From: an uncultured Nitrospinota bacterium
GTDB taxonomy: Bacteria; Tectomicrobia; Entotheonellia; J063; CAVPRW01
Direction of reading: 5' to 3'
NCBI GenBank assembly: GCA_963707985.1
Contig: CAVPRW010000008.1
Span: forward strand, 136,211-200,210
DNA: 64,000 nt
A program made the position numbers and the translations under genes. Under the pieces are notes generated by a model that saw only the letters and a list, made by a program, of their open reading frames with translations, did not search any database and had not been told where the DNA came from. How positions within the stretch are numbered: the stretch's first letter is position 1; every line of letters begins with the position of its first letter. Shown here one piece after another: positions 19,559-29,870 of the stretch.

Positions 19559-20495
19559 GAATGGCATTAAGTTAATCCATATTGGTTATTGGCTAATGAC
19601 GTTAACGCGACGGCCTGCCGCGTGATTGCACTTCAAGAGGTACTGATTTCCGTATAGAATCGGACACGCTGCGCTCGTCACGATAGGAGATGGGGAATGC
19701 CAACGGTGACCAGGATCGTCAAACAGTTTCAACAGGAGTGGACCCGTCAGCTCGACCGGAAGCTATCCGCCGAGCGTGCCTTGACCTCGCCTATCAATGG
19801 CGACGGCGCATGATTGATCAGCGCAGAAACGATGAGCTCTTTGGTCCGTCCACGGTCTTCACTGCAGTACGGCGAGTACCCATCTGCGCCGTTTCACCCA
19901 GTGGGCCGTGACGGCTTCGGCGTATTGCCAGGCCGTAGGAAGCTGCAACTGCGCGGTGTTCAGCAGATGCGGGGGTATCGGGCATCGAAAAACTTCGAGC
20001 CATCGACCCAAAAGGTGCGATGACCCAACCAGCGGCCCTCGTCCAGCGGCTCGTGTTGTAGGCGATCGCTGAGCCCCCGCAGCAACCGCTGAAATACGCG
20101 CAGAGGCAGCTTCATACGGGCCTGACAATATGCCGAAGCCGTCACGGCCAACTTCGCCAGATGTCGCAGATGCGTACAGGCGGTATTGCCATGAAGAATC
20201 TGGACGAAAAAGAGCTGCATCGTCACCACCGGATCGAGCAGACGCTGTCGCCACAGATAGCCGATATCGCGGCAGGCGCTGCGGATGGCATCGGGCTCAA
20301 GCTGACGGGTCCAATCTTGCTGAAACTGTTTGACCACATGACTGACGGTTGCCGGCATCGATGATCTCCTATATGGGGATGAAGGGGTGCCTTACTCCTA
20401 TAGGAAATCGGAGCCGAATGGAAGACGAATCGTGATGACAACAGCGCAGCGAATGCCAATAGAAACCCCCTTTTATGACTAACTTAATGCCATTC
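19559..20495. mobile_element. IS4-family chimera: two convergent transposase 5' fragments between 16-bp perfect inverted repeats
   Basis: GAATGGCATTAAGTTA (19559-19574) and TAACTTAATGCCATTC (20480-20495), flanked by the 10-bp direct repeat GAACATGTTT. Plus strand gives MPTVTRIVKQFQQEWTRQL; minus strand gives MPATVSHVVKQFQQDWTRQL...ASAYCQAR...VDGS. Confidence 0.8.
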
Positions 20496-20821
20496 GAACA
20501 TGTTTCATTATTTCTCCATCACTACCGGGAAGCCAACCGCGCGAGAGGAAGCAAACCACGCCAACACCTCCTGAAGTCTTCATCTGAAGTGGCCCCTATT
20601 CCCGCGAATCCTTGCCATCCCCTCATGACCGCGGGAGACGCGATGAAACGCTCCCGTGCTGTCCATCCAACCATACCCTACCTTTTGATATTGCTTATGA
20701 GCATTTTTGTGGTATACTAATTGTAGTATATATGAATTACGTATAACTGTACGTGTGTACATCTCAGGAGAAACGTGCTGCAGATCATCTCGCCAACCCC
20801 TGTCACTTGGAGGATACACCC

Positions 20822-21455
20822 ATGATCTATGAAGTTCGCACCTATACCCTGCGACCTGGGACCGTGGCCGAATTCGAGGAGCGCTTTGCCAAACGGCTGC
20901 TCCTTGCGAGAGACAACACTCGAAACTCGGGGCCTTCTGGCACACCGAGGTCGGTCCACTCAATCAGGTCATCCACGTCTATCCCTATGACGACCTGCAG
21001 CAGCGCACGGCCGTACGCGCCGCGCTGGCGAAAGATACCGCTCGGCAGCAGATCCCCGGCGGGAGGGAGTTTGTCGTCGCGCAGGAGGCCGAGATCATGA
21101 CTCCGGCGCCGTTTATGCACGCGTTGGGCAGCCGGGACTATGGCACGGGGAACGTGTATGAAATGCGGACATATACCTTTGCCTCCGGGCGACATCGCCA
21201 AGGTGCTGGACGGGTGGGGCAAAGCCATTGAGGCGCGGGAGCAGTTCTCGCCCTCTGGCGGCCTGCTGGACCAGCGAGCTCGGCGGGCTGAACCAGTTCG
21301 TCCACACTTGGGTGTACAAGGACCTCACCGAGCGCGCCCGCGTCCGTGAAGAATCCCGCAAGCCAGGCGGCCAGTGGCCGCCCCAGACCGGCGTGCGGCC
21401 GATCCGGCAGGAAAACAAGCTGCTGATGCCGGCGGCTTTCTCACCCGTGCGGTAG
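20822..21455 (+). pseudogene. NIPSNAP family protein (two domains, several frameshifts)
   Basis: MIYEVRTYTLRPG, VYEMRTYT, and ELGGLNQFVHTWVY...QENKLLMPAAFSPVR are spread over several frames. Confidence 0.8.
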
Positions 21456-21757
21456 TCGTGCCTGGTGACGATTCCGCGGTGCTGCGCCACATCCCCAGCG
21501 ATCCCGGCATCCGCATGGCCATCATGATGCTGTCCAGAGACAGGGAGCAGTGACCGAGGCGGGGACCCGGCTCCGGTGAAGCGATGGGGATATCTCTCAG
21601 ATGCGCAGTCGCTGATGTCTCGTGACTCATGGTGAGAAATCTAGAGGAAGGACTCTCACGTTGAACCGCCTGCCTGGTCCAGCCCGGTGGCGTCCGTGCA
21701 TCCCTGACGTGATGTCCCGGCGACCCCGGCACGCCTTGAGCGCACGCCGTCATGGTC

Positions 21758-21772
21758 TGGCATGCCGATTGT
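21758..21772 (+). promoter_or_regulatory. Possible sigma54 -24/-12 promoter
   Basis: TGGCAT-N5-TTGT, with GT instead of GC at -12. Confidence 0.35.
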
Positions 21773-21850
21773 TCACGCAGATGTGTATCGGGGACGCTCC
21801 TCACCCGCGTGCCGTCGTCACGGCGGTACGCTGACACGGAGGGACAGACC

Positions 21851-22297
21851 ATGACGACTCGACGCCTGGTGGCGATGCTGATCGCGGTGGTGGCGGCGGT
21901 GGCGTTCGCGCCCTTCGCGGGGGCCGCCCAGTTGGACGATGAGGCGCTGGACGACATGCCCGTCCACGGGCGTATCGCCCCGCATGGGCGCTTCGTCGGG
22001 CACCTGACGATTACTGCCGTGGCCGTCGATGACGCGCGCCACCTCTTCCTGACAGGGGTGCTTCAGGGCACCGCGACCGATCGCACTGGGGCCACCACTC
22101 AGGTGAAGCCTCAGCCCTTCACCGCCCCGGCCACTGTCATGGAGGCTGACCACACGACCGACGTCCTGCTCCTGCAGCTGGGGCCGATGACGCTCACCTC
22201 CGTGGGGAAACCGGTGACACTCGCGCCGATCCCGCTCGACATCGATGCCGTGCCCGAGGAGGGCCCTCTGCTGGCGTCGCGGCGGCCCACGCGCTGA
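21851..22297 (+). CDS. Secreted hypothetical protein (paralog of 24215-24658)
   Basis: Signal peptide, then GRFVGHLTI, LTGVLQGTAT and LAPIPLDIDAVP. GGAGG RBS. Confidence 0.7.
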   Translation: MTTRRLVAMLIAVVAAVAFAPFAGAAQLDDEALDDMPVHGRIAPHGRFVGHLTITAVAVDDARHLFLTGVLQGTATDRTGATTQVKPQPFTAPATVMEADHTTDVLLLQLGPMTLTSVGKPVTLAPIPLDIDAVPEEGPLLASRRPTR

Positions 22298-22633
22298 CGT
22301 CGGGAGCGCAGGCGACCGGGAAGACGAAGAGGGCTCCCACAAACCTTTCTCCGCCGCTATCTCCCCACACCAAAACGCCCCAGGCACGTATGCCTGGGAC
22401 CCTTGATCGTTCTTTCTTCCCTCACCAGTTTGGGGTTGCAGGCACAATCGCCGTCATGCCGAGCTCCACATGACGATGATCATCCCAAGTACCGGATCAT
22501 GCCGAGTTCTTCCCTCTCACACCGCTGTCACGCAGGCAAGTCGGCACGGCCCCATACATCCTACTCGGTATGATCCAACCATGCGATCCTTCTCCTTTTC
22601 CAGTCAACCCTTGCGGAAAAGGAGAATCCCAGG

Positions 22634-24145
22634 CTCGAACACGTCTTTATCCGGACGCGCGTGATCGCCCGGTTACGATGTGGCCCACTGGCGCCATCTC
22701 TGGACGACCTCGCCACCTCTCTCCACCACCAAGGATACGCCCCAAGCAGTATTCAGCGCTATCTGCACGCTGGCGATCGGTTTGGTCGGTGGCTCCAAGG
22801 GCAAGGCGATGTTCTCCGTGACATGGATGAAGCCGTCTTACACCGCTAGGTCTCCGGTCGCCAGCGTTACCGTTCCGGCCACCTCCCCAAAGCGGCCCAG
22901 GGCCTCAACCACCTCTGGAGATTCCTCCAACGACACGGTGTGGTGCACCAACAGCATGCTGTGACCCCGAGCGCCCCGCTCGATCAGTGGCTCACGGAGT
23001 ACGACGCCTACCTTGCACAGGTCGTTGGCTTAGCCGTGAGTACCCGTCAGTACTAGCGACGTATTGTCAGACGCTTCGTGATCGCGTGCTTTGGAGCGGA
23101 GGCGCCTGTCTGGCAGGCGGTCACCGCGACGATGACGACGGCGTTTGTCCAGCATGAAGCCACCCTATGCCAGGGCTCTGGCCGGAAGTGACCGGCGGTG
23201 GCAGTCCGCTCCTGTCTGCGGTTTCTGGTGTTCCGAGGTGAGATGCGCCCCGGTTTAGAAGCCGCCGCCCCATCACCACCGCAGTGGCGCCATGCGGCGC
23301 TGCCGTCACGACTGACGCCAGAGGATGTCGAGCGCGTGCTGGCAGTGTACCAAGACGGTACCCCCAGCAGTCTGCACAACCGCGCCATGCGCATGCTGCT
23401 CGCTCGCCTCGGCCTGCGTACGCAGGCCGTGATCTCGCTCTGCCTCGAGGACATCGATTGGGCCGACGGTCGGTTAGACCTGCGTCCCGGCATTGCAAGC
23501 CATATCTTTCGGCATACCGCCGCGTCCCAGATGCTCAACCACGGTGCCAGCTTCACAGAGGTGGCCGACGTCTTGGGTCACCAGTCATGACAGACCACAG
23601 AGATCTACGCCAAATTGGAGCTGGAGGCTTGGGCGGCAGTCGCCTGGCCGTGGTTCGGAGGTGCCCCATGCCCGCCAACTTTTTCGATACGCCGCTGGTG
23701 GCGTATCTGAACCTGCGCGAAGCACTCGGCTTCCAGATGCGCGCCGAGAAAACACTCCTTCCTGACTTTGTGGCATTTGTGAAAGTCCAAGGGCCCCCCG
23801 GTCCGATCCGTACTCAGCTGGCGTGAGCGTGGGCCTGTCAGCAATCCGCGCGACGAGGGCCAAGCGGTGCCGCTCGACGCCTCAGTATGGCACGCGGGTT
23901 TCTCCTCTACCTCCGCGCCTCCGCGCCCGACACCGACGTGCCAGCGCCGGGCCTGGTGCCAGCCCCACGGCGACCCCCACCATATCTTTTTACACCAACG
24001 CAGCTGACAGCCCTCTTGGCGGCGGCGCAGGCGAGTCGTGCGCGCGGATCGTTACGCTCCCACACCTTATCCACCCTCATCGGTCTGCTGGCCAGCACTG
24101 GATGCGGGCGGGCGAGGCGAGCCGCTTACCAGTTGAGCATGTCAA
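22634..24145 (+). mobile_element. Decayed RIT-type (recombinase-in-trio) element: first and second tyrosine recombinase pseudogenes
   Basis: Gene 1 has GPLAPSLDD, LLARLGLR, HIFRHTAA and LGH..TTEIYAK, with stops and a deletion. Gene 2 starts at 23668 (YLNLREALGF, PYLFT, IGLLASTG) and is truncated. The third gene is absent. Confidence 0.75.
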
Positions 24146-24214
24146 GAATAGTCTCACATTGATATGCTCCAGCCCGTCAGCCCATGGGGCAGACGTCGCG
24201 CCCATATTCTGCTC

Positions 24215-24658
24215 TTAGTTCAGAAGCATCGGGAACAGAAGGCTTTCATCCGGGACGGCCTCGATGTCGAGGGGAACCGGGGCGAGCGTCAGCTGCCGTC
24301 CCACCGAGGCGAGGGCGATCGGGGCCATCTTGACGAGCACGACGTCCGTCGTCTGCTCGGCGTTGATCGGCACCGCCGGCGCCGTGAATGGTTGACGCCG
24401 CACCTGAGTCGTGGTCCCGGTGCGGTGGGTCGCGGTGCCGTGGAGCACCCCCGTCAGGAGGAGATGGCCCGCGTCGACCACGGTGACGGTCTCAATGATG
24501 AGGGTCCCGACGAAGCGCCCGTCAGGGGACAAGCGCCCTTGGACGGGAATCGCTTCCAGGTCGGTCTCTGGCGGCAAGGCGGCCCCGAGCCACGGGGCCA
24601 GCATCAGCGCACTCATCACCGCGGCAATCAAGACATACGAGGTGCGTCGAGTAGTCAT
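24215..24658 (-). CDS. Secreted hypothetical protein (paralog of 21851-22297)
   Basis: MTTRR signal peptide, then GRFVGTLII, LTGVLHGTAT and LAPVPLDIEAVP. Confidence 0.7.
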   Translation of the reverse strand: MTTRRTSYVLIAAVMSALMLAPWLGAALPPETDLEAIPVQGRLSPDGRFVGTLIIETVTVVDAGHLLLTGVLHGTATHRTGTTTQVRRQPFTAPAVPINAEQTTDVVLVKMAPIALASVGRQLTLAPVPLDIEAVPDESLLFPMLLN

Positions 24659-24723
24659 GGCATCTTCCTCCGGGATAGGGTGCACTCCTGAAGTCAGCGC
24701 GACCTGATACTGACGTACATAAA

Positions 24724-24738
24724 GCAATAGACATGCCA
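24724..24738 (-). promoter_or_regulatory. Putative sigma54 -24/-12 promoter
   Basis: Minus strand TGGCAT-GTCTA-TTGC, with canonical GG-N10-GC spacing, upstream of the paralog. Confidence 0.55.
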
Positions 24739-24856
24739 ACCCGAACGACATTTGCTGAGGTCGCCATCCGGCTGCCGAACTAGCCGTGTCGTGTGTGTTG
24801 GGAGCAGGGGAGATGTGGAGACCAACGCTGAGCGGCATCGCAGGCGCTCCGACAGC

Positions 24857-25237
24857 TCACGCGGTGCGGGAGCACACACGCTGCAGGGTGGCGTCCAGGG
24901 TCGGCAGATGGATCGGTTTCGGCACAAATCCTGCCGCCTGGGTAGTGGCCTGGAAGCGCTCGATGGTCGCCGAATCCGCATGGGCGCTCATGTAGACAAC
25001 GGGGATCGGCGCCGCGGCCTGAATGTGCCGTGCGGCGTCAACGCCGTCCATAGGCCCGTGCAAATGGATGTCCATGAGCACGACATGGGGGTGGAGGGAA
25101 AGGGCCTGTTGAATGGCCTGAGGGCCGCTACTGGCCTGAGCGACGACCTGATACCCAAGGCTCCGGAGCTGTGTGGCCAAGTGTAATGCCGTCATCGATT
25201 CATCCTCGACAATGACCATGCGGGCCGGAGGGTCCAT
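24857..25237 (-). CDS. Single-domain response regulator
   Basis: IVEDE, VVLMDI, MSAH and FVPKP. A sigma54-like AGGTAC-AAAAA-TTGC lies on the minus strand at about 25314-25328. Confidence 0.88.
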   Translation of the reverse strand: MDPPARMVIVEDESMTALHLATQLRSLGYQVVAQASSGPQAIQQALSLHPHVVLMDIHLHGPMDGVDAARHIQAAAPIPVVYMSAHADSATIERFQATTQAAGFVPKPIHLPTLDATLQRVCSRTA

Positions 25238-25480
25238 CGTGCCACCTTTTTAGGGGGGGCGCTCGCCATCGGAGACTCAACGTCGCACGTGACGCGCCTT
25301 GTCTAGCTACCGAGCAATTTTTGTACCTTGAAGGTCATAAACCGATTTCGCTCATAGATGTACGCATATGCAGAGGAACGGCGGCATGAGGCCTACGGCT
25401 GTTCATGATCAATCGTGATCATTTTGAGAGGTGCAGGGGAGGGAGAGACTCAAAAATGCCGTGCCCCGCCGGCCCATGTG

Positions 25481-26017
25481 CTACATCACGCGCCAGAAAT
25501 GGGGTGTTACCCGTTCCCTCCCCTGACCTGCACCATGTAATTCGCCGCCTCTCCGATCGATCGTCGCCGTATCGCTGTCGTTCCCAAGGAACACGACGAC
25601 CGAGCGCGTCGGGTCTACCGCACTAATCGTGGCGGTATTCAACGTCCCCCCACCGCCAAGCGCGATGCTGCCCCGCTGCACGCTCGCCACCATGCTGCTG
25701 GCAAATTCCACCGCCCTGCCACGCGCAAAAAACTGCAGAGCGCTGCCATCCCAACTGCCGCGGTGCACCTGCACGGTGTCGGTATCGACAAAGCTCAGCC
25801 GCCCCAACGCGTCGTCCGCTCCCATTCCCGTCACGTCCGAGCCGGTCCGCACGCCATTACGGAAGGGCACGCTACGCATCAGCAGGAAGCTGCTGCCAAG
25901 GTCCACCGACTTATTCAGTTCCGTGGTGCCGCTGATCTGGAACGCTTCGGTCTTGCCCGGCACAGCGACCGCAGTGCCGAGGCCCAAATGGTAATGATAG
26001 AGGGTGGCGGAGGGCAT
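25481..26017 (-). CDS. Hypothetical beta-rich protein resembling phage virion-associated repeats (possibly truncated)
   Basis: SVQRGSIALGGGGTLNTATISAVDPTRSVVVFLG motif. The C-terminal tail looks unrelated. Confidence 0.4.
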   Translation of the reverse strand: MPSATLYHYHLGLGTAVAVPGKTEAFQISGTTELNKSVDLGSSFLLMRSVPFRNGVRTGSDVTGMGADDALGRLSFVDTDTVQVHRGSWDGSALQFFARGRAVEFASSMVASVQRGSIALGGGGTLNTATISAVDPTRSVVVFLGNDSDTATIDRRGGELHGAGQGRERVTPHFWRVM

Positions 26018-26041
26018 GGTTTTCTGAGACTTGGAGCCTTA

Positions 26042-26795
26042 TACTTAGTGACCACTCATTTATTGAGGCCTTGCAGTGAGTGACTTGACGGCATCTCAAA
26101 CGCAGCCGACGGCGGAACGTGCGTGCCCGTTTCGACAGACGAGACGCACTGTTTGGGGGCCTTCGACAGGGTGGCTGCATCCTGCACCCGTGGGCTCCCC
26201 TGCGCACGCGGCCAGATGTCGACGACCAGGTGCGCCGGGCGGACCAGAGCGTCCGCCATCGCCGGCGCGGCCTGCATGGCCAGCCGTTCCGCCAGCAGTG
26301 GCGCCTCCAGACGGCGGCGAACGTGGGCGCGCCCCGCAGGCAGCACAAACGGCTCCTGGGAGCCGTCTACCTGGACCGCTTGGCTCCCACAGGCGTTCAT
26401 CACCGCGAGGTCGGTCCGCACCCGGCGACCGATCTGGGCGTCGGCACAGGCCCACGCAGGTTTCAACCCCTCCAACGCCACCAACACCCGCGTTGAGCCG
26501 GGCGGACGTCCACGCGTGGTGCGTGGGGGGCAGCGTTGGGCGCATGAGCGGTCCCCGGCCGCGACTAGGGCCGCCCACGGACACGTCTCAGCCCATGGGC
26601 GAATGGGGTGCGTGTCTGGGACGCAATCTGCGACCTGCAGGCCTGGTCCTCGGCCTGTCAGCCAATGCTGAAGGAATTGTCAGAGCGGCATCGTCGGCTC
26701 TCCGGATCGGGGGAAGAAGGGACCCCCAGCAGACGACGATCCGATCCACATGACAATCCCCGCTTGGGGGGGAATAAATTAGTAGTCACTACGTA
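26042..26795 (-). mobile_element. Internally deleted, degenerate IS (DDE transposase remnant)
   Basis: Imperfect 23-bp inverted repeats (20/23): TACTTAGTGACCACTCATTTATT and AATAAATTAGTAGTCACTACGTA. The interior encodes RTDLAVMNACG and HLVVD...QGSPRVQDAATL. Confidence 0.65.
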
Positions 26796-26923
26796 CTCCT
26801 GTAGTGCTAGGGGAACACCGGGGCTCGTACAATGGACAATTTGCTTTCAAAGATGGTATGCTCGCGCTGAGATATCGCCTCGGACATCGGCCTTCGTGCA
26901 CACCCTTGTCAGGAGAGATTGCC

Positions 26924-27676
26924 ATGCCGTTTTATGAACGAGGAGACGTTCGCATCCACTACGAGGAGGTCGGCTCCGGCTTTCCGTTGATGATTATCCC
27001 CGGCGGCGGGCTGAACTCGACGATCGCGGGCCTCGCGAACCACCCCTTCAACCCGATGGAGGAGTTCAAGGGTGAGTACCGCGTGATCGCGGCGGATTTG
27101 CGCAACGCCAACCCCGGCCAATCCACCGGCCCGCTCGAGATCGACCGGCCCTGGGACGCATACGCCGACGACCAGCTCGGCCTGATGGATCACCTGGGCA
27201 TCGGCGACTTCATGGTGCTGGGCTTCTGCATCGGCGGCCCCTTCATCTGGAACCTGTTGCAGCGAGCGCCCGATCGCATCGTCGCGGCCGTGCTGGCGCA
27301 GCCCAGCGGGTTCCGTCCGGAGCTGCCCGACCTCTCCTACCAGAACAACATGAAGGGCTGGGGTCCAGCGCTCTGCGCGCGCCGGCCTGACATCACGATG
27401 GAGATGGTCCACGACTTTCTCACCAACATGTACACCAAGCGCGCCGACTTCGTCTACACCGTGACACGCGACTTCGTGCGCTCCTGCCAGACGCCGGTAC
27501 TGGTCCTGCCGGACGACGTCCCGGCGCACCCGTACGCCGTGGCGATGGAGACCGTGCGTCTCGCGCCGAAGTCCGAAGTGAGCATCTACCCCTGGAAGGA
27601 TCCCAAGGACCTGATCCCCCAAGCGGTGCAGCACGTGCGCGAGTTCCTGCGGAAGCACCGGCCCGCGATGGCTTGA
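26924..27676 (+). CDS. Alpha/beta hydrolase (Cys nucleophile elbow GFCIGG)
   Basis: IHYEEVGSG, PGGG, DLRN and GFCIGG. AGGAG RBS before ATG 26924. Confidence 0.88.
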   Translation: MPFYERGDVRIHYEEVGSGFPLMIIPGGGLNSTIAGLANHPFNPMEEFKGEYRVIAADLRNANPGQSTGPLEIDRPWDAYADDQLGLMDHLGIGDFMVLGFCIGGPFIWNLLQRAPDRIVAAVLAQPSGFRPELPDLSYQNNMKGWGPALCARRPDITMEMVHDFLTNMYTKRADFVYTVTRDFVRSCQTPVLVLPDDVPAHPYAVAMETVRLAPKSEVSIYPWKDPKDLIPQAVQHVREFLRKHRPAMA

Positions 27677-27690
27677 AGGAGGGAGCGATC

Positions 27691-28653
27691 ATGACTATCG
27701 GTGTCCTGGCTCTCGTGGGACTCACGCCTGAACGCGTGGCCGCACTGACCGCCGCCGGCTACGCCGTTCGCGAGGGGAAGAAGTATGCCAACCGGAGAGA
27801 CGCCGTTCGCGAGGCAGGCGATACCGTCAGGGCCGTGTTGACCAACGGCCGTGGGGGCTTGAGCGGCGACGAGATGGCATGGCTTCCGAATCTCGAGATC
27901 GTGTGCACCGGCAGCGCAGGCTATGAGGCGGTCGATCTGGACACCGCCCGGCGCCGAGGCATCGTGGTCGCCAATTGCCCCGACGCGAACGCCCCCGCGG
28001 TCGCCGACTCCGCGATGATGCTGTTGATGGCCACGACGCGGCACCTGCTTCAGGCCGATCGCTTCGTGCGCGCCGGTGGATGGCAGGATCAATGGCGTGT
28101 CGACACCCCGACCATTTCCGGCAAGCGCCTGGGTATTCTCGGTCTCGGAAAAATCGGGAGCAGGATTGCGCAGCGCGCCGCGCGCGGCTTCGACATGGAG
28201 ATCGGCTATCACAACCGGACGGCGGTCGCCGGATCCCCCTATCGCTATTTCGACAGTCTCATCGAGCTGGCCACGTGGGCCGATTTCCTGATCTGCGCCG
28301 CGCCAGGCGGCGCGGGGACGCGGCACCTCGTCAACGCGGACGTGCTCACGGCGCTCGGACCGCAAGGCTATCTCGTCAACGTCGGGCGCGGGACGGTCGT
28401 GGATACACAGGCCCTGATCGAAGCGCTGCGATCGCAGCGCATTGCGGGGGCTGGCCTGGATGTCCTCGAGGGTGAACCGAGCGTCCCGCCAATACTGCCG
28501 GAGCTTCTGCAATGCGACAACGTGGTGGTCACGCCGCATGTCGCCGGGCGCGCGCCGGAGTCGCGCACCGCGGCGACCGCGTTGATTCTCGACAACCTGA
28601 ACGCGTATTTTGCGGGCAAGCCGCTGCCCTCTCCGGTCTCATTCAAAGGCTGA
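27691..28653 (+). CDS. D-isomer-specific 2-hydroxyacid dehydrogenase
   Basis: GILGLGKIG, NVGRG, AGLDV and TPHVAG. Confidence 0.93.
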   Translation: MTIGVLALVGLTPERVAALTAAGYAVREGKKYANRRDAVREAGDTVRAVLTNGRGGLSGDEMAWLPNLEIVCTGSAGYEAVDLDTARRRGIVVANCPDANAPAVADSAMMLLMATTRHLLQADRFVRAGGWQDQWRVDTPTISGKRLGILGLGKIGSRIAQRAARGFDMEIGYHNRTAVAGSPYRYFDSLIELATWADFLICAAPGGAGTRHLVNADVLTALGPQGYLVNVGRGTVVDTQALIEALRSQRIAGAGLDVLEGEPSVPPILPELLQCDNVVVTPHVAGRAPESRTAATALILDNLNAYFAGKPLPSPVSFKG

Positions 28654-28831
28654 GTGCGCCTATAAGCTGAGCGTCGACTTCTGGCTCTGTGGCGCCGGAA
28701 GCATCCCGCGCGTCGCGCGGCTGACTGGCCACTCTCAGTCTGGAAGGTTGGAGTAGCTACGGTCGAACCGAACAAAGGTACCAAAAGTTTCATAGGCGTC
28801 AAGGGTCAGCGATAGGCAAGCCCAAGCAGGG

Positions 28832-29010
28832 CTACCTCCTCGGATCTGGTCTGGGCTGAAGCTTGCACGTGTGAATGAAGTGCTGGAGGGTGGTCGGAGA
28901 GACCTCGACGATGCGGGCAATGGACGCTTTGGAGACATGCTTGCGGAGGAGCAGCTCGATCTCCCGCTCCTTGCCTTCGAGCTTCGACTTCCCCAAGGAC
29001 TGTCTGTCCC
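28832..29010 (-). pseudogene. Serine recombinase (resolvase) C-terminal HTH fragment
   Basis: SLGKSKLEGKEREIELLLRKHVSKASIARIVEVSPTTL. Confidence 0.6.
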
Positions 29011-29099
29011 GAAAACCTAAAATCATTCATAAATTTGACTTTTTTCGATTTCCCTATCATGTTGGAGCAGCGGACTCCTTCATCTTCCGACATGTTATT

Positions 29100-29800
29100 G
29101 TGAAGAGGTTTCTGATCACGCTTCCCGTCATCTCGGCTCTGCTGGCCTTCGTTGTGGGCCTCGTTCGGTCGCGGGCATCACTGTGCCTGGAACACCTGGC
29201 CCTACGGCATCAATTGGCGGTCTATCAACAGACCATTGATCGCCCGCGTCTTCGTTCGACCGATCGGGTGCTCTGGGCGTGGGGCTGTCTCGGTTCTGGC
29301 CAGGCTGGCTCGATGCCCTGGCATTCGTCCAGCCTCGCACGGTCATTGCCTGGCAACGGAAGCGATTCCGGCGCCCACTGGCGGCGCCTGAGCCAGCACG
29401 GAAAGCCCGGTCGTCCGACGATTGCGCAGGACGTGCGAAACCTGATTCGGACGATGTGGCAGGCCAATCCGACGTGGGGCGTACCTCGCATTGTCGGGGC
29501 ACTGCGGAAGCTTGGTATTGACGTCGCCAAGTCGACGGTGGAGACGTATCGTGTCCGACCGAAGAAGCCGTCGTCCCCGACGTGGAAGACCTTTCTCACG
29601 AATCATGTGCAGGACCTGGTGGCCTTGGATTTCTTTATCGTGCCGACGGTCACCCACAAGGTCTTGTTCGTCCTACCGATCCTGGCTCATCATCGTCGAC
29701 AGGTCATCCATTTTAACGTCACCGACCATCCCACCGCCCAGTGGACCGCGCAACAGGTGGTGGACGCCTTTCCGTGGTATGAGGCCCCACGCTACCTGCC
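29100..29800 (+). pseudogene. Integrase-core (rve) transposase pseudogene, frameshifted and 3'-truncated
   Basis: LALRHQL, VQPRTVIAW, GRP, NPTWGVPRI, ALDFF and HFNVTDHPTAQWTAQQ. Confidence 0.8.
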
Positions 29801-29870
29801 ATGTGCGCAAATCTGCCGCTATACGGTTGTGACGGGTTTTCGGGACCCACAGCTTCCAGCATGGCCCCCA

